Source: the human T2T-CHM13v2.0 reference genome, Homo sapiens. Taken from it: a DNA stretch of 64,000 bases. The notes beneath the pieces were generated by a model. The model was not told where the DNA came from, did no database searches, and worked only from the letters and a program-made list of their open reading frames with translations. This document shows positions 39,460 to 52,172 of the stretch, in pieces. Each line of letters begins with the position of its first letter. Position 1 is the first letter of the stretch. The DNA lies in NCBI RefSeq assembly GCF_009914755.1, contig NC_060933.1, one strand, 5' to 3'. A program made the position numbers and the translations under genes.

Positions 39460-40080
39460 CATGATCTGGCCTCTGCTTGCTGATCCTGCCACTTGCTAAT
39501 CTCCCAACCTACAGTTTCCCTTCCCACTCTCCTGAACTATTCACATTTCTTGAAAATGCCCAACCCTTCTTTCCTCAAGTCCTTTGCACAGGTTATTCCT
39601 TTAGCCTGGAACATCTTTTTCCCATCCACTTTTCCTATGATTGTCTCTGGATAGAAATCATTTATGCCAGAAATGCTTCCTCGCATGGCTCAAGCTTTGA
39701 GTCAGGTTTCTATATTTATCTGTTCTCCTATTCTGTGCTCAAAACACCTGAACTCCCTGTTTGCTTACCCTCTACCCCACTACAACTTGAAGCATGGAAA
39801 TATGTCTTCTTCAGACCTGTCTAAAGTAGATACAAGTATCCAAAGAGGAGCATAGTGTAAGGACCAAAGAAGGGCTAAGTTAGAGCCTTGAGGAACTTAA
39901 ACACATTTAATAGAGGAATGGAAGAGGATAAACCTGCAGAGGAGGCTGATAAGGATATCACAGAAAGGTGGAAGGAAACGAGGAGACATGTCATAGAAGT
40001 CAGTTACCTAGCACGGGGTTGACACATAGTACACACTTTGTATGTGGCTAGAGAATGTGGCTGAGGAATGAATGGTGAAT
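39460..40080 (+). mobile_element. L2 3' end, interrupted by a 175-bp duplicated segment
   Basis: cctttgcacaggttattcctttagcctggaaca ... cctagcacggggttgacacatagta ... gaatgaatg. Confidence 0.65.
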
Positions 40081-41599
40081 GCCTCTTCCTTTTACCTGGG
40101 TGGGGGTGGAGGGAAGGAGGTGATTGCTAGAGATGCTGAATTAGATGAAGATGACCCTGGACAAACTTACTTAAGCAGCAAATATCTATGTTAATGCTGG
40201 TGTCTTACGTTTCTATATATGTGATCGTTACTCTGCACAGAATTTGATATGTGCATCTGTTCACATATACATCCATGCATGCACACAGATGTCTACACAC
40301 ACAGGTATGTACAGTTTGCACTTCCTATTTTCTCAGCTTTTACTTCCACCTGTTCCATCTGCCCCAGATTCCTATGGACTCGTGGTTGTTTTCACATTCT
40401 TCATGCTTATCTTGATCTCTCTCCCTCCCCTTATAATATTTCCTGTATTCGTTCCTCTGGGCCTTTTGGCCTTTCATTTTGTTTTTTATTTCTGCTGCTT
40501 CTTTCCAGTCTGCTTAAAGCACCTCCCAACAGATTTTCAATAGGAATACAAAGGCTCACTTTGGCAGTGCAGATGTTATACAATGGCAATGTTCAGTGCT
40601 TTTTTTTTTCTTTTTTTTTTCGGTTCCTACAGGGACTGGATGCATACAGTGTTTCACTGCTGATTCTTTGTAATAGTACTGCACAGGCAAAATGTTAATA
40701 AATTATAGCAGCAGAACTAATTAAAAGGCATGCATTATACATCTTGTGGACACATTCTTCATTAGCATAAATTCTCAGCATTACACATCCATGTCAGAGG
40801 GAATTAAAAGGAAAAACTTAAAAATAAAAAGGCATACATACAGAGACCCAAATGCTTTGGTTTCCCCAAGGCTTTTGCTGAGCATATGCCCTTGCGGATT
40901 CAGTAGTTCTTTTAATTTTTGTGTGTTATTTTAAAGGAAATATACTATGTCCCATTTTTATGTACTTTAAAAATCAAACCAGCTTTAAGATGATAAAGTT
41001 AATCCCGTTTATCCCCCTTGCAACAAAGTTTAAATAATATTCAGTGAACAGGTTTCTAGAACTAGAAACAAACTCCTAGTTTTTCCATAATATTTTCTAA
41101 TAGGCATTTGATTATAAGTAGCTCAATAACCAGTCTCTCATGTTAGCAATATTGTTGTTTTCACCTGAGTTCTTATTTTAGAGCCCAGGTTGGTAAGACA
41201 GACCCAAGGGTCACAGGGAAAGGGGGCAGCTCATAGTTCCCTTATATTACCATTCAGTTATTCAACTTCTTCCTTAGGAAAATGCATTGATTCTGGCTTT
41301 TTGTAAAGATCATGCTTAACAATACCGGGCCATGCATTTTCTGGGCCGACACAGTTCCCTTGTGCATTAGCAATCCTCATAACTTTCTCTACACATGGAA
41401 ACCAATTTGATAGATAGTGGCAATGATGATAGGGAGATGACCAGGCATCCTTTAGTCCCTGAGCCAGGGGATTCTCCTTTTAATGATGAGTATTCATATC
41501 ACTTTTAATTTCTTGCCTCCTTCCAAAACGGGATTGAAGGGCTTGAAACAACTAGATGCCTACACTTTTACAAGAGTTTTCCAACTCATCTTCCTACTT

Positions 41600-42548
41600 C
41601 CACTCTTGGCCTAGAGGCTTTTCTCCTCGTAACAGTCCAAAGGAGCTTTGGAAAATGTAAATCAGGCCACACTGCATTCCTGTTGAAAGCCCTTCAATGT
41701 CCCCCATCACTTGGAATAAAATTCAAAGTCTGCTAAATAGCCTGCCAGACCCTACTTGATTTGGCTCATTCTTCAATTTTGTTGCTTGCTGTCTTTCCAC
41801 TTTCCTCCAGTAATACTACTGGCATTCTTGCTGTTCTGTGAACATGCCATGCTCACTTCTTTCCTAGGACCTCTGCACATTGCTTTTCCTTCTTTCAGAT
41901 GAAAGCATGGCTTGATCACTCAGTATCTGTTCAGGTGTCTCCTCAGAGCGGGGGTCTCTGAGTACCCTATCTAGAACACCAAGTAGCACTAACGGCTACC
42001 TGATATTGTATATGTATTAGTCTGTTTTCATACCACTATAAAGAGCTGCCCAAGACTGGGTAATTTATAAAGGAAAGAGATTTAGTTGACTCACAGTTCA
42101 GCATAGCTGGGAAGGCCTCAGGAAACTTACAATCATGGCAAAAGATGAAGGGGAAGCAAGGCACCTTCTTTACAAGACGGCAGGAAGAAGTGCAGCGTGA
42201 GTGGGGAAGAGCCCCTTATGAAACCCTCAGATATCATGAGAACTCACTCACTATTAGAAGAATAGCATGGGGGAAACCACGCCTATGATCTAATTACCTC
42301 CGCCTGGTCTCTCTTTTGACATGTGAGGACTATGGGGATTAAAATTCAAAATGAGATTTGGGTGGGGACAGAAAGCCTAACATATCGGTATACCTATTTG
42401 CAAATTTTCTTTCTTTTCTATCAAAATACAAGCTCTTCGTGGTTAGAGGTTTTATCTATCTGGTTCAATGTTTTCATACTAGAGTCCAGAAGAGTGCCTG
42501 GTGTATTGAAAGTACTCAATATATGTTTATTGAGTAAATGAATAACTG
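41600..42548 (+). mobile_element. L2 3' end interrupted by THE1D
   Basis: L2 phrases upstream of the LTR; agagtgcctggtgtattgaaagtactcaatatatgtttattgagtaaatgaat terminus downstream. Confidence 0.75.
42013..42387 (-). mobile_element. THE1D-like MaLR solo LTR
   Basis: tgtattagtctgttttca...gagatttgggtggggacag..cctaacatatc, ~375 bp, with perfect 5-bp TSD gtata (42008-42012 / 42388-42392). Confidence 0.93.
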
Positions 42549-42829
42549 AAGCTTCTTGCCTACAGTTGAGTGAGTACTGGTATTTTTATTTTACCAGTTA
42601 ATAAATTAGAAAAGACCTGTTAGGCACATGCCTCTTTAATGCAAGAACTTGAGAGTAAATTACATGATTAAAAAAACCCTTTGCAAACAAATGGTCCAGT
42701 ATCATTGCAGGGCAATAAATTGGGGTCAGGTGGGATCAAAGTGTGCTTCATGTAAAAGGAAAGAATGACAACCTTTATTATAGATGCTGCTTTCATCAAA
42801 ATCTAGAATAGCTCATGACGGGTTAGGGA

Positions 42830-43340
42830 AAAGAGTCCTTTTATACCCTTTTGGTCAATTTGTAAATTGGTACCTCTCTGGAGGTTAATCTATCACTAAA
42901 AAGCCTCAAAAATTGCATTACTTTCTGACTCAGTAATTCCATTTCTAATAATTTAACTTAAGGACATAATTATGAGCATGAATGAAGATTTATTTCCAAA
43001 GGTATTAAGTACATAGTAAGTTATTATCAGATAAAACATCTGAAACAACCAAAGTATCTAATCATAGTATTTTGGTTAAATTACAGTATAATTAAAGAAT
43101 GGAATTCTCTAAGATTCACAATAAAATGCTAAGCAAAAATCAAGTAGGAACCCACTAAAGATACATATATATACATATAAATAATAATTTATCCTCATGT
43201 TAATGTAACCATCTAAGTGTTAGCAGTGTTATCTCTTCATGTTGGAATGATTACAAATGTTAGTTTTTTTGTTTTTTAATCTGTTTTTTTCTAGTGGTTC
43301 TAAAGTAAACATATATTGTGTAATTAAAAATTAAAAATAT
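42830..43340 (+). mobile_element. Degraded L1ME 3' fragment
   Basis: tgtaaattggtacctctctggagg...ctgactcagtaattccatttcta...tgaaacaaccaaagtatcta. Confidence 0.6.
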
Positions 43341-45394
43341 ATACCAATAAACTCCACAGAAAGTGAACAATTAAAGAGATTCGTGTAGATAAACTCTTAC
43401 TCCTTCTCTGTGAATATGATTGCTCACCACGTGCCCTGTCTTTCTAGGTCATGTACCCATTAATCCAGCATACATTTATTGAGCACCTATTATATGCAGC
43501 ATTCTGTATTAGGCTACCCTTCCACCAAGGGGTTATTGACATCCCAGAGCTGTTTACCACCATTGTAAGTAGTTTTATAAGACAGAGGAAGGAATCTATT
43601 ACATACCTCTTTTTCTTTTTCTGGAAGGTATTTCTGAAATGGAAAGTGTCTGTGCCAGCCCAATCCTAAAAGTTTTCATTTTGAACAGTCTCTAAAGAGA
43701 CTTTTTGCCCAGCAGAGCTGCTCCTTGGTAGCAAAGCTGAACTTGTGACCAAGTGTTTGTGCCCTAAGGTCTTTTCCTTGCTATTTCACTGGGCTATGTG
43801 CCTGGCGCAGCTTCCCGTGGCAGAACTGATATACCAACCTTGTTTTTCACCTTACAAAGGTGGCAGTGGCTTGAATAAAAGGCAGTCTGCTGAATGACTT
43901 CCAGATAGAGCAGGGGCTGAAGAACAGGCAGTGACTTGTTGCCTTTTCCAGGTGTCTTGTTTAGTGCAGAAGCCTCAGTGCCTAGTGTGTTAGCTGACAC
44001 AGAGTAGGCACTGAGTAAATAGTTGAGCAAATGATTTACAAGGAGGCCAGATGTCAGCCCTCTTTCTAATCTCACTGAAAGCACCCAAGAATGGGCCCAT
44101 TTCTTTAGATTTCTCCATATACCAACTCAGGGACATGTGAAAATATAAGGAATTTGGAAAAGGTACTTTGTGTGTAATAAGGCTGACAAATGAAAGCATG
44201 TGATGGTAAAATGACAGAGATGAGAAGGAACATCAATAATCCATGCTGCACTGCAGAGATTGCAAAAGCACACAAGGACAAAGTGGCCTTGTCTCTCTGC
44301 TTAACAAGCAGGCGTTTAATTGGAAACCTAAATAACGTATTAAGTTTTCTGTGTTGGAATTACTCTATGCCGTTCTGCCTATCTGTCTCTGAATGAGATG
44401 AATTACCAGTGGCATGCTTGGGTTGCTTTAGTCAACACCAGCAGGCAGCTGTTGTTAATGATCTTTACTCTCCTGGTAGTTGGAGTGGAGTTTCCATCCT
44501 CCTGGGGAAGGCAGCTGTGGTGCTTGGGCCAGAGTTACCACACCGTGTGCATCTGCACCATTAACCTCTGGAGAGAGAGTGGTCTCTATCTCTCTCCTAC
44601 CCCAATTTACAGAAATTCCCAGCCTTATTCAATACCCAGTGTTCTCTAACTGGGCAAACATGCTCCTTTGTTTCAGTTACTCCAAGATTTACCTCCCTTC
44701 TGTAGGAAACTGAAGTTCTGCAGAATGGACAAAGATGATTTCCTATTAAAAAAAAAAAAAAAGCAGATGTGGTTTTCTCTCCCTATGGATGACAATCTAG
44801 TTTTATCTTTTACTTCAATTCTAGGAAAATTCATTCCCATCATGAAAAATATGTCAGAAGAAAAGCAGACCACTCTGTTGTATTTGGGTCACATACCAAT
44901 TTTCTAAGCTAGCTAATGAAAAGGGACTATATTAACATGAAGGTAGAAGATTTTTGAAGGTGATGAGGAATGACAATCTTTTTCCCTGTGTTGGCTGTGC
45001 AATCACAAGATGATAATTTCAGGGGAAGAAAAATGACCCTTTGCCCTTTAAGACAGTCAATAGGCTTTTAGAAGCAGGCAACCAAAGATTGCACTGTATT
45101 AGCATTTAATTTTTAATTAACACTAGATTACAATTGCATTTTCAGAACATCCCTCCTTAGGCCCACATTTGCAGTAAGAGAGTTCACCTGGATGGATATT
45201 ATTGCAGAGAACACCAGGGGAATGAATAAGAGATCCACAACTGCTGTCAGCGGAAAGCACAAAAAGGAAATGAATCAACTAACAGCAAAGGGAGCTCTGG
45301 AAGCTGCATGGCACGTGTACGGCACAATAATCAGAGGCCCCTCTGTGAAATGATTCCAAGGTTTTGTTCTACCTAGAAAAGTTTTGGAGTTGAG

Positions 45395-45570
45395 AGGCAG
45401 CATGGCAGAGTGGAAAGAGGATGGATTTTGGAATTAGACAGCTCGAGGTGAAAATCCTGTAACACAGAAAAGATAGTGTGAATGTCTGGGGCTACGGGGA
45501 AGATGAACAAGCCAGCTTTTGTAAAGTGCCAGATACATAGGTGTCCAGTAACTGGTAGATATTATTGCCT
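45395..45570 (+). mobile_element. MIR remnant
   Basis: ggcagcatggcagagtggaaagaggatggattttggaattagacag head and tgtaaagtgcc..acataggtgtccagtaa tail. Confidence 0.55.
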
Positions 45571-47356
45571 CTTGTTTGGATTCACAGATTTCAAAGAGAA
45601 CTCTAAAGACTGGCCTAAGTAAATTGTGTTAAAGAAAATGAACTTTTAAGGATACAACTCACATCACCATCACTGTAGAGGATTTTCTCACAACCCTCAT
45701 CTGAGGCTCTGGATGAGAAAGTAGGCAGGTTACTTCTGTTTTGGGAGCAGAAGTTACTTTCTTGACATTTTACAAGAGGCCTTGGAATGCTTAGTGGAAA
45801 GAAGGGGTAAGGAAAGGGGAAAGGGAAGGAGGAATAGAAGAAGCAGAGGGGAGGAGAAAAAGAAAGAGCAGAGGTAGGAAGGAGTTGTGGTGTGGTAGTG
45901 AAACATTTTAAATCTTGATTTTAAAACCCATTTTATTACTTTGAAAAGACCAAAAGGTATTCTATTATAACAACGGCTGTGATTGCCTTTGAAAGATAGG
46001 AGTATAAAATATTTTTTCTGACTTGTTATTTTTTCCAAATTTTCTCATTGAGTAAGCACATATTACTTTTATAATTAGGAAAATAAAAATGGCACCCTTG
46101 TTAATTATTTCAGGATCACATGTCTTTTTGTGGTCCTTTGAAAGAGTAATGTTTGAGAAGCTTCATTAACTAACGATGTATACAAATAGGACCTGAGAGA
46201 TTTAGGAATTCAAATTCCAGCCGTAGGAATCATCATAACCAAGGTAGGCCAGGACCCCTAGGCTCCTTTCACCTTCACGAAAGGCAAAAGGCAGAGTGTT
46301 TCATATGGGGGAGTCTAGTTTAGTAAACACAAATCAATCTCCGACAAACTACGGTTGTTTTACATGAGGACCCTAACCCTTTCTCCCTGACCTTTCCCTA
46401 ATTTCTGGAATTTAGTATTCCAGTGTGTGGGATAAGTCTCTGTGAACTTGCTTCCAACCCAGCATTTTTGTTCTCTGGAAACTTCAGGGAGCATGAGTGA
46501 ATTCGACAGATGCTGGCTTATCACACTGCGCCTGACACCTGGCTCTGCACTATCTGCAAAACCAATAGAAATAGCTACAGGGGAACTTGTATGCATCTTG
46601 AACAACTTTTAATTTAGGCAGTTATCTTCTTCAAACAGTTTGGGTCTCTACATTTCAATCATCAGGACTCTTCAGGACAAGCAAAAAGCCTCAGTAAACC
46701 AGTAAACACCACAGTGCTTATTTAGACATGAACACTTTGATTAACGTTTACATACTGAAATAACCGTGGAGAACAAGCAAACAGCCCCATCCCTTGACTC
46801 ACATAGATGAGCCCATTTACATACTGAAAATGGTACAAACTGTCCAGGATAGTGAGTACATTTGGACCATGAAGGGAATATCACCATGCTTTTTCCCTTG
46901 TGTAGTGATTGTTTTAGCATGTGTTGGAACATAATCAAAGGAGAACTTGATGTGTTTGGGAGGAGCATCAGATGAGTGATAGGTATTCCAGAAAGACGTT
47001 AGTTGACTAATGATACTGAGTAAAAGAAAAAGAAACGTAAGTGGTGAAGACTTTTAAGAAGTGGGAACATAGCTCTGGGGATGTGTTATGAGAAATCAGG
47101 ACTTTAGTGTTATAGGATGAAAAGTTATATGCCATTGCAGAAAATTAGCGACAACTTGGTCAGAGTCTTGAAGTGTCAAGGAATAATAAAATAAGTACAA
47201 TAAAGAGGAATATTTACTAGTTGTTGAAACCCTTTTCTGTTCCATATTTGCTTGTTTATATTGACTTTCTTAACTTGCCTTCCTAATATATAACATCCTT
47301 CCTACTCATGGTAAAGAAAGATGATGTAGCATTTTGATCAATGTGCAGAAACCAAT

Positions 47357-47736
47357 GGCTATGCACTGAATTGTGCCCCCGCTCCGATCCATACATTGAA
47401 GCACTAACCTTCAATGTGATCATGTTTTGAAATAGGGTTTTTAGGAGGTAATTATGATTAAATGAGGTCATAAAGGTAGGGTGCTAAATTAATAGAATTG
47501 GTGGCCTTATAAAAAAGGAATCTCTCTCTCTCTGCATGCACTGAAGAAAGACCCTGTGAGGACAAAGAGAGAAGGTGTCCACCTACAGCCCAAGCAGAGA
47601 GCCCTTACTAGATACTAGATACTCCGCTGGCACCTTGACCTTAGACTTTCCAGCCTCCAGAAGGCGGAAAAACAAACTTCTGTTGTTTAAGCCACCGAGC
47701 CTGTGGTATTTTACTATGGCAGCCAGAACTAAGACA
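47357..47736 (+). mobile_element. MLT1A0/B-like MaLR solo LTR
   Basis: gctatgcactgaattgtg start, gactttccagcctccagaa...ctgttgtttaagccacc...actaagaca end and TSD ccaat/ccaac. Confidence 0.9.
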
Positions 47737-48149
47737 CCAACAATATTTTGTTTTAAGTTTCTCTAAATTAATATGGCAAAATCTTGAACCAGAGCACTTA
47801 AAAAAATGAAGCTCAGTTACTTTCATCTCATTTCTTAGTTTCTTGACTGACAGAAGTAATATCTTCTGGCCATTTCCCGTCACTTATGGTGATATTTTCC
47901 ATTGGAAAAGTAGGCCTTGAAAGTCCTATTTTTCACAGCCATCTATCTGTCTGAGTGTCATTCCATGGTCAGCCTTAAATGCAGACACCTCAGAATGGGC
48001 TCTTCATGATTTGCTTCAATTCTACATGTTGAATAACTTTACTTTACTGTTTCCCAAGTTTATGTCGTAAAGGACTGAGCTATAATAATAGATGTAGGAG
48101 AAGGATAGGCTTCTATTATATGATTAATAAGGCAACACTATTAATGAAA

Positions 48150-48303
48150 TATTAAAAAGATGAAGAGAAGCATAAATGCTGTTTTAGAACATTCAAGAAC
48201 AAAATGCAATTTTTTAAGAAAGTATTTTATTTTTGTGTCTCAACAGATGAAATTCATAACCTTGTTTTCTGATAAGACAATTCAAACATACAAATCAATT
48301 ACA
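48150..48303 (-). terminator. LINGO2: Candidate distal polyadenylation site of LINGO2
   Basis: AATAAA (tttatt 48226-48231), two upstream UGUA motifs (taca 48289-48292 and 48300-48303) and a GU/U-rich downstream element TTGCATTTTGTTCTTGAATGTT. Confidence 0.55.
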
Positions 48304-48989
48304 ACAATGTGCTTATCAGCTCCCCTCCCACCCCTATATTTTAATGCAACTGACAGTTTTGAAGGACACCAAGACAATAGGGCTTAGCTAAACAATACGG
48401 CAATTAAAAATGGCCCTCTAAGAAAATAATTACAATAGTTGTTGAAAAGAATTTGTCCTTTGAGGAAAACAGACTGAAAAGGATTATCATGAAATGAGGA
48501 GAATTATAGCTTCTCTTCCAATAAAGGAGAAAAGGGGATGTATGTTAAAACAATGATACAGAAAGCTGGGGAGTCAGACTGAAAACAGAAAGCCCCAGGC
48601 AATAAATGTCTCCAATAAAATGCATCCCCTTGAAGATATCCATTCAAACTCTTGTTTCATATTGAAATAAATAACTGTTCCGCCACACCCAGCACCTGGA
48701 AGTGAATCATTTTTGTTCTCCTTTGTTAAAATTAATTTAATAATTTTTCCAATCCAGCATCTCTCTGAGAAAGAGGTGTCGTTACGAATTTTGTAAAAGT
48801 CAATGACATTAAAGATAACCTAAGCCAATCGATGGCCAACACCATTTTAGATTCTAGCCGTAAAGAGATTAGACATATTCTGGCAAACCTGGGGCTCCCA
48901 GGGAAAGCAGGGTTCATACTCAATGATATCTAGTTACTCTAATCCTGTAGCACCTTTCTACTAGGTCCCCAATTCTATATACCATTTCC

Positions 48990-49160
48990 TCATGCTTTTC
49001 ATGGTAAGCCTCACAGCACCCTTGTGAGGTAGGTAGTGTTATGGTTATTTTGAGAGATGGGGATGCAGAGATGTTAAGTAGCTTGCCCATAAAGAAACAT
49101 GAATCCAGTGACATAGCCCTAGGGACTCTCACTCCAGATCCTTGTCTTTTTAGTACTTAA
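48990..49160 (-). mobile_element. MIR fragment
   Basis: cctcacagcacccttgtgaggtaggt...attttgagagatggggatgcagagatgttaagtagcttgccca. Confidence 0.65.
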
Positions 49161-51747
49161 CTGTTCTGACTCCCTGAGAGTGGATCATTAAAGCAGGTAG
49201 GTCCTTAACGCCAGACTTGTGCCTGGCCAGGTGGACACTAAGGCCTATCTCTAAACCACATGATTTAGATGACAGAATGAGACACAAGTTGCAATCAATA
49301 TGGAAGCCAAAGGAGTTAATGTGGAGAAACACAGAGCTAAGGTTTAAACCACAGTTTGATAATGACTTCAGTGACGGGCAGCTCGATTACTATGATAATG
49401 GATACTCAGTAGATGTTGCATAATTAAATGAGTAAATGAATGAAAGGAGATTGTGCTTGGATAATTGGAAAATTAAATTTTCTGTATCTTTTAAAACAAA
49501 GCTAGAGAAATCTGATTTTTAACTTCTAATCAAGGATGAGAAGGAAAGGACCGAGTAGATTCCTGAATATTTTGAGGGCATGTATTTAAGCTAATTATTG
49601 GCAATATTTAAAAGATATAAATAGACATTTAAAATGATTTTCAATATAGAATGTATTTACTTATCAATTTGGAAACCAACTCAAGATCAATATTAGAGGC
49701 AGTGTGATATGCATAATCATCCATTTTCCTCTGCAATTAAATTCTCTTACACATGCTCATATGATCATTGCCATTTATTTGAAATGCTTGTGTTCTCCAA
49801 TTCTTATTAAATGTTCTTTTGAAATATATTCAACCATTAGAACAATGAACTACTCTTCCTACACTCACCAGCCAGGATACATTTTTCAGTTACTTTCAGT
49901 TTCCGTGAACCCATTCTTTTTCCTCCAGAAGACTCACAGCAGAAAACAGCTGCCCTATATTGAAACCAGCCCTGCGTTAAAGCCAGCAACTTTCTTACAG
50001 AACTGCCATGAAGAGCTCTTGAGACCACTGAAGCACAGACCACTGGATTCTCCAGGTGTTGCTAAAACAGAAGAGCTTATATAAATCAAGGTGGTGGAGG
50101 TGACTTGGTAATCTCTTTGCATTACACATTTGTTCTGTGCTCAGTGAATTAATTCCCTGTAGGATGTTTGTACTGATACAGTGTGAGGCTTAAAGAAACT
50201 CTGGATGCCACAGTATGGATTTGTGTGTGCAGGTTTGAAGAAGTGTTTAACTTTTATGAAATCCCTGCATGTATAGAATGGATGTAACCTGTTAGTCTTT
50301 TGTACATCCAGCTAATAGCCCATGGCTAAAGGAATAGGCTAGATGTGGTGAATTGCCTCTGTGCTATGGTACTAGCATACTTGATCTCTTGTGCTTGGAA
50401 ATAATATGAATAGTGATGCTGCAGTTAGAAAAGGGTTCACATAAATGTTATTTCTGCCTTAGATGGGGATCTGGTAAACAAATTTATCTCCCAATGTGAC
50501 AATACAAAATTATTCACTATAGATATAACTTTCACAATCACATAAAAGATTTAGGTATTTTAATCAAAGAGGTATCCTCTCTAGCAGTCTGTTCTTTTTG
50601 TAGAGACTCTCCTTGGGTTTTCATTTCTGAGACCCTGACTCTGGTGATTCAGGTGAGGTCTTAGTTTTTTTAGCAGACAAATAGAATAGGGAGAATCCAC
50701 ATATTTTCCACCTGCCTTATCTTTTTTTATTTTTTAAATTTTCTTATTTTTTTCCCCAGATGGTTCTTAGTAATAGATATGTATATACGTGTCATTCTGC
50801 CATTAATATACATATACTACTTTGAGAGATTTATTGACATGTCCTGATTTGCCAATGACAGCGTTATAGAATAAAACAATACCTGCATAGCTGTAATAAG
50901 CGATCTCCTTCCCAATCCTTTATTTTTTGATAGAGGGTCATAATTTTTGCATTTAGTTATTTATAAGAGTTGATGAAAGGCACCAGTGTGACAAGCCCTA
51001 GAAGCCAGTGTTTTCAGATTTTCCACCAGTCAGTGGCAGAAATAGTAGGTAAATTTCCCCTCAGGTTTCTCACTTTTCTCCTTAACTTGGCTTTATTCCA
51101 CATTAATCTTCATGTCCTGTGTTTTAGGTCTGATAATGAAGTAATTAAGAAAAGAATATAGGGTTGTACAATAAGCTTATCTGCCTTGAAGGGAGTCGGT
51201 AGAAACTCCTAATTTTTATTTCGACTGTATCAAACAACACAAAAACATTAACAGCCATCTAGCAAGGGCAGTATGCTCATGACTGAGAAAAATGAAAGGA
51301 AGAAGAAACCAAACAGAAACAGAAACACAGAACTATGAAGAACTTCTAAATTTATGAAGTAATACATGACCAGAAAGTCTTTAAGGTGCAGAGCTAGAAG
51401 CCAGGCCACTGAGTTAAAAGTATGTTTAGCTTCGAGTTCATTATATTATCTTCTTCCCATTGTTTAAGTACAAGTTCTGAAGTATTGGGATCATCTTATC
51501 CCTGATTGGTGAGTTTACTGGACAAGCTAACTCCTAATATTAATTGGCGAGATGTCTACCCAACACATTCAAAACTATGCTTATGGGAAATGGCCCTTTG
51601 TTTTAGTCTTACTGATTTACTAGCATAAAATAAAAGCCCACTGTTAGAGATGTGACTCTGACCAGAGCAGCTCTGGCATTAACAGAACATTTTCAAGAAA
51701 TTCTCTCTCTAGGGGCAAGCTTTTCATTTTGCAATTAAATAGCAGCA

Positions 51748-52172
<425 letters not shown>

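Noticed and set aside
40244-40698. Overlapping 99- and 149-aa hydrophobic ORFs
   Set aside because: Produced by T/C-rich low-complexity sequence; no exon signals.
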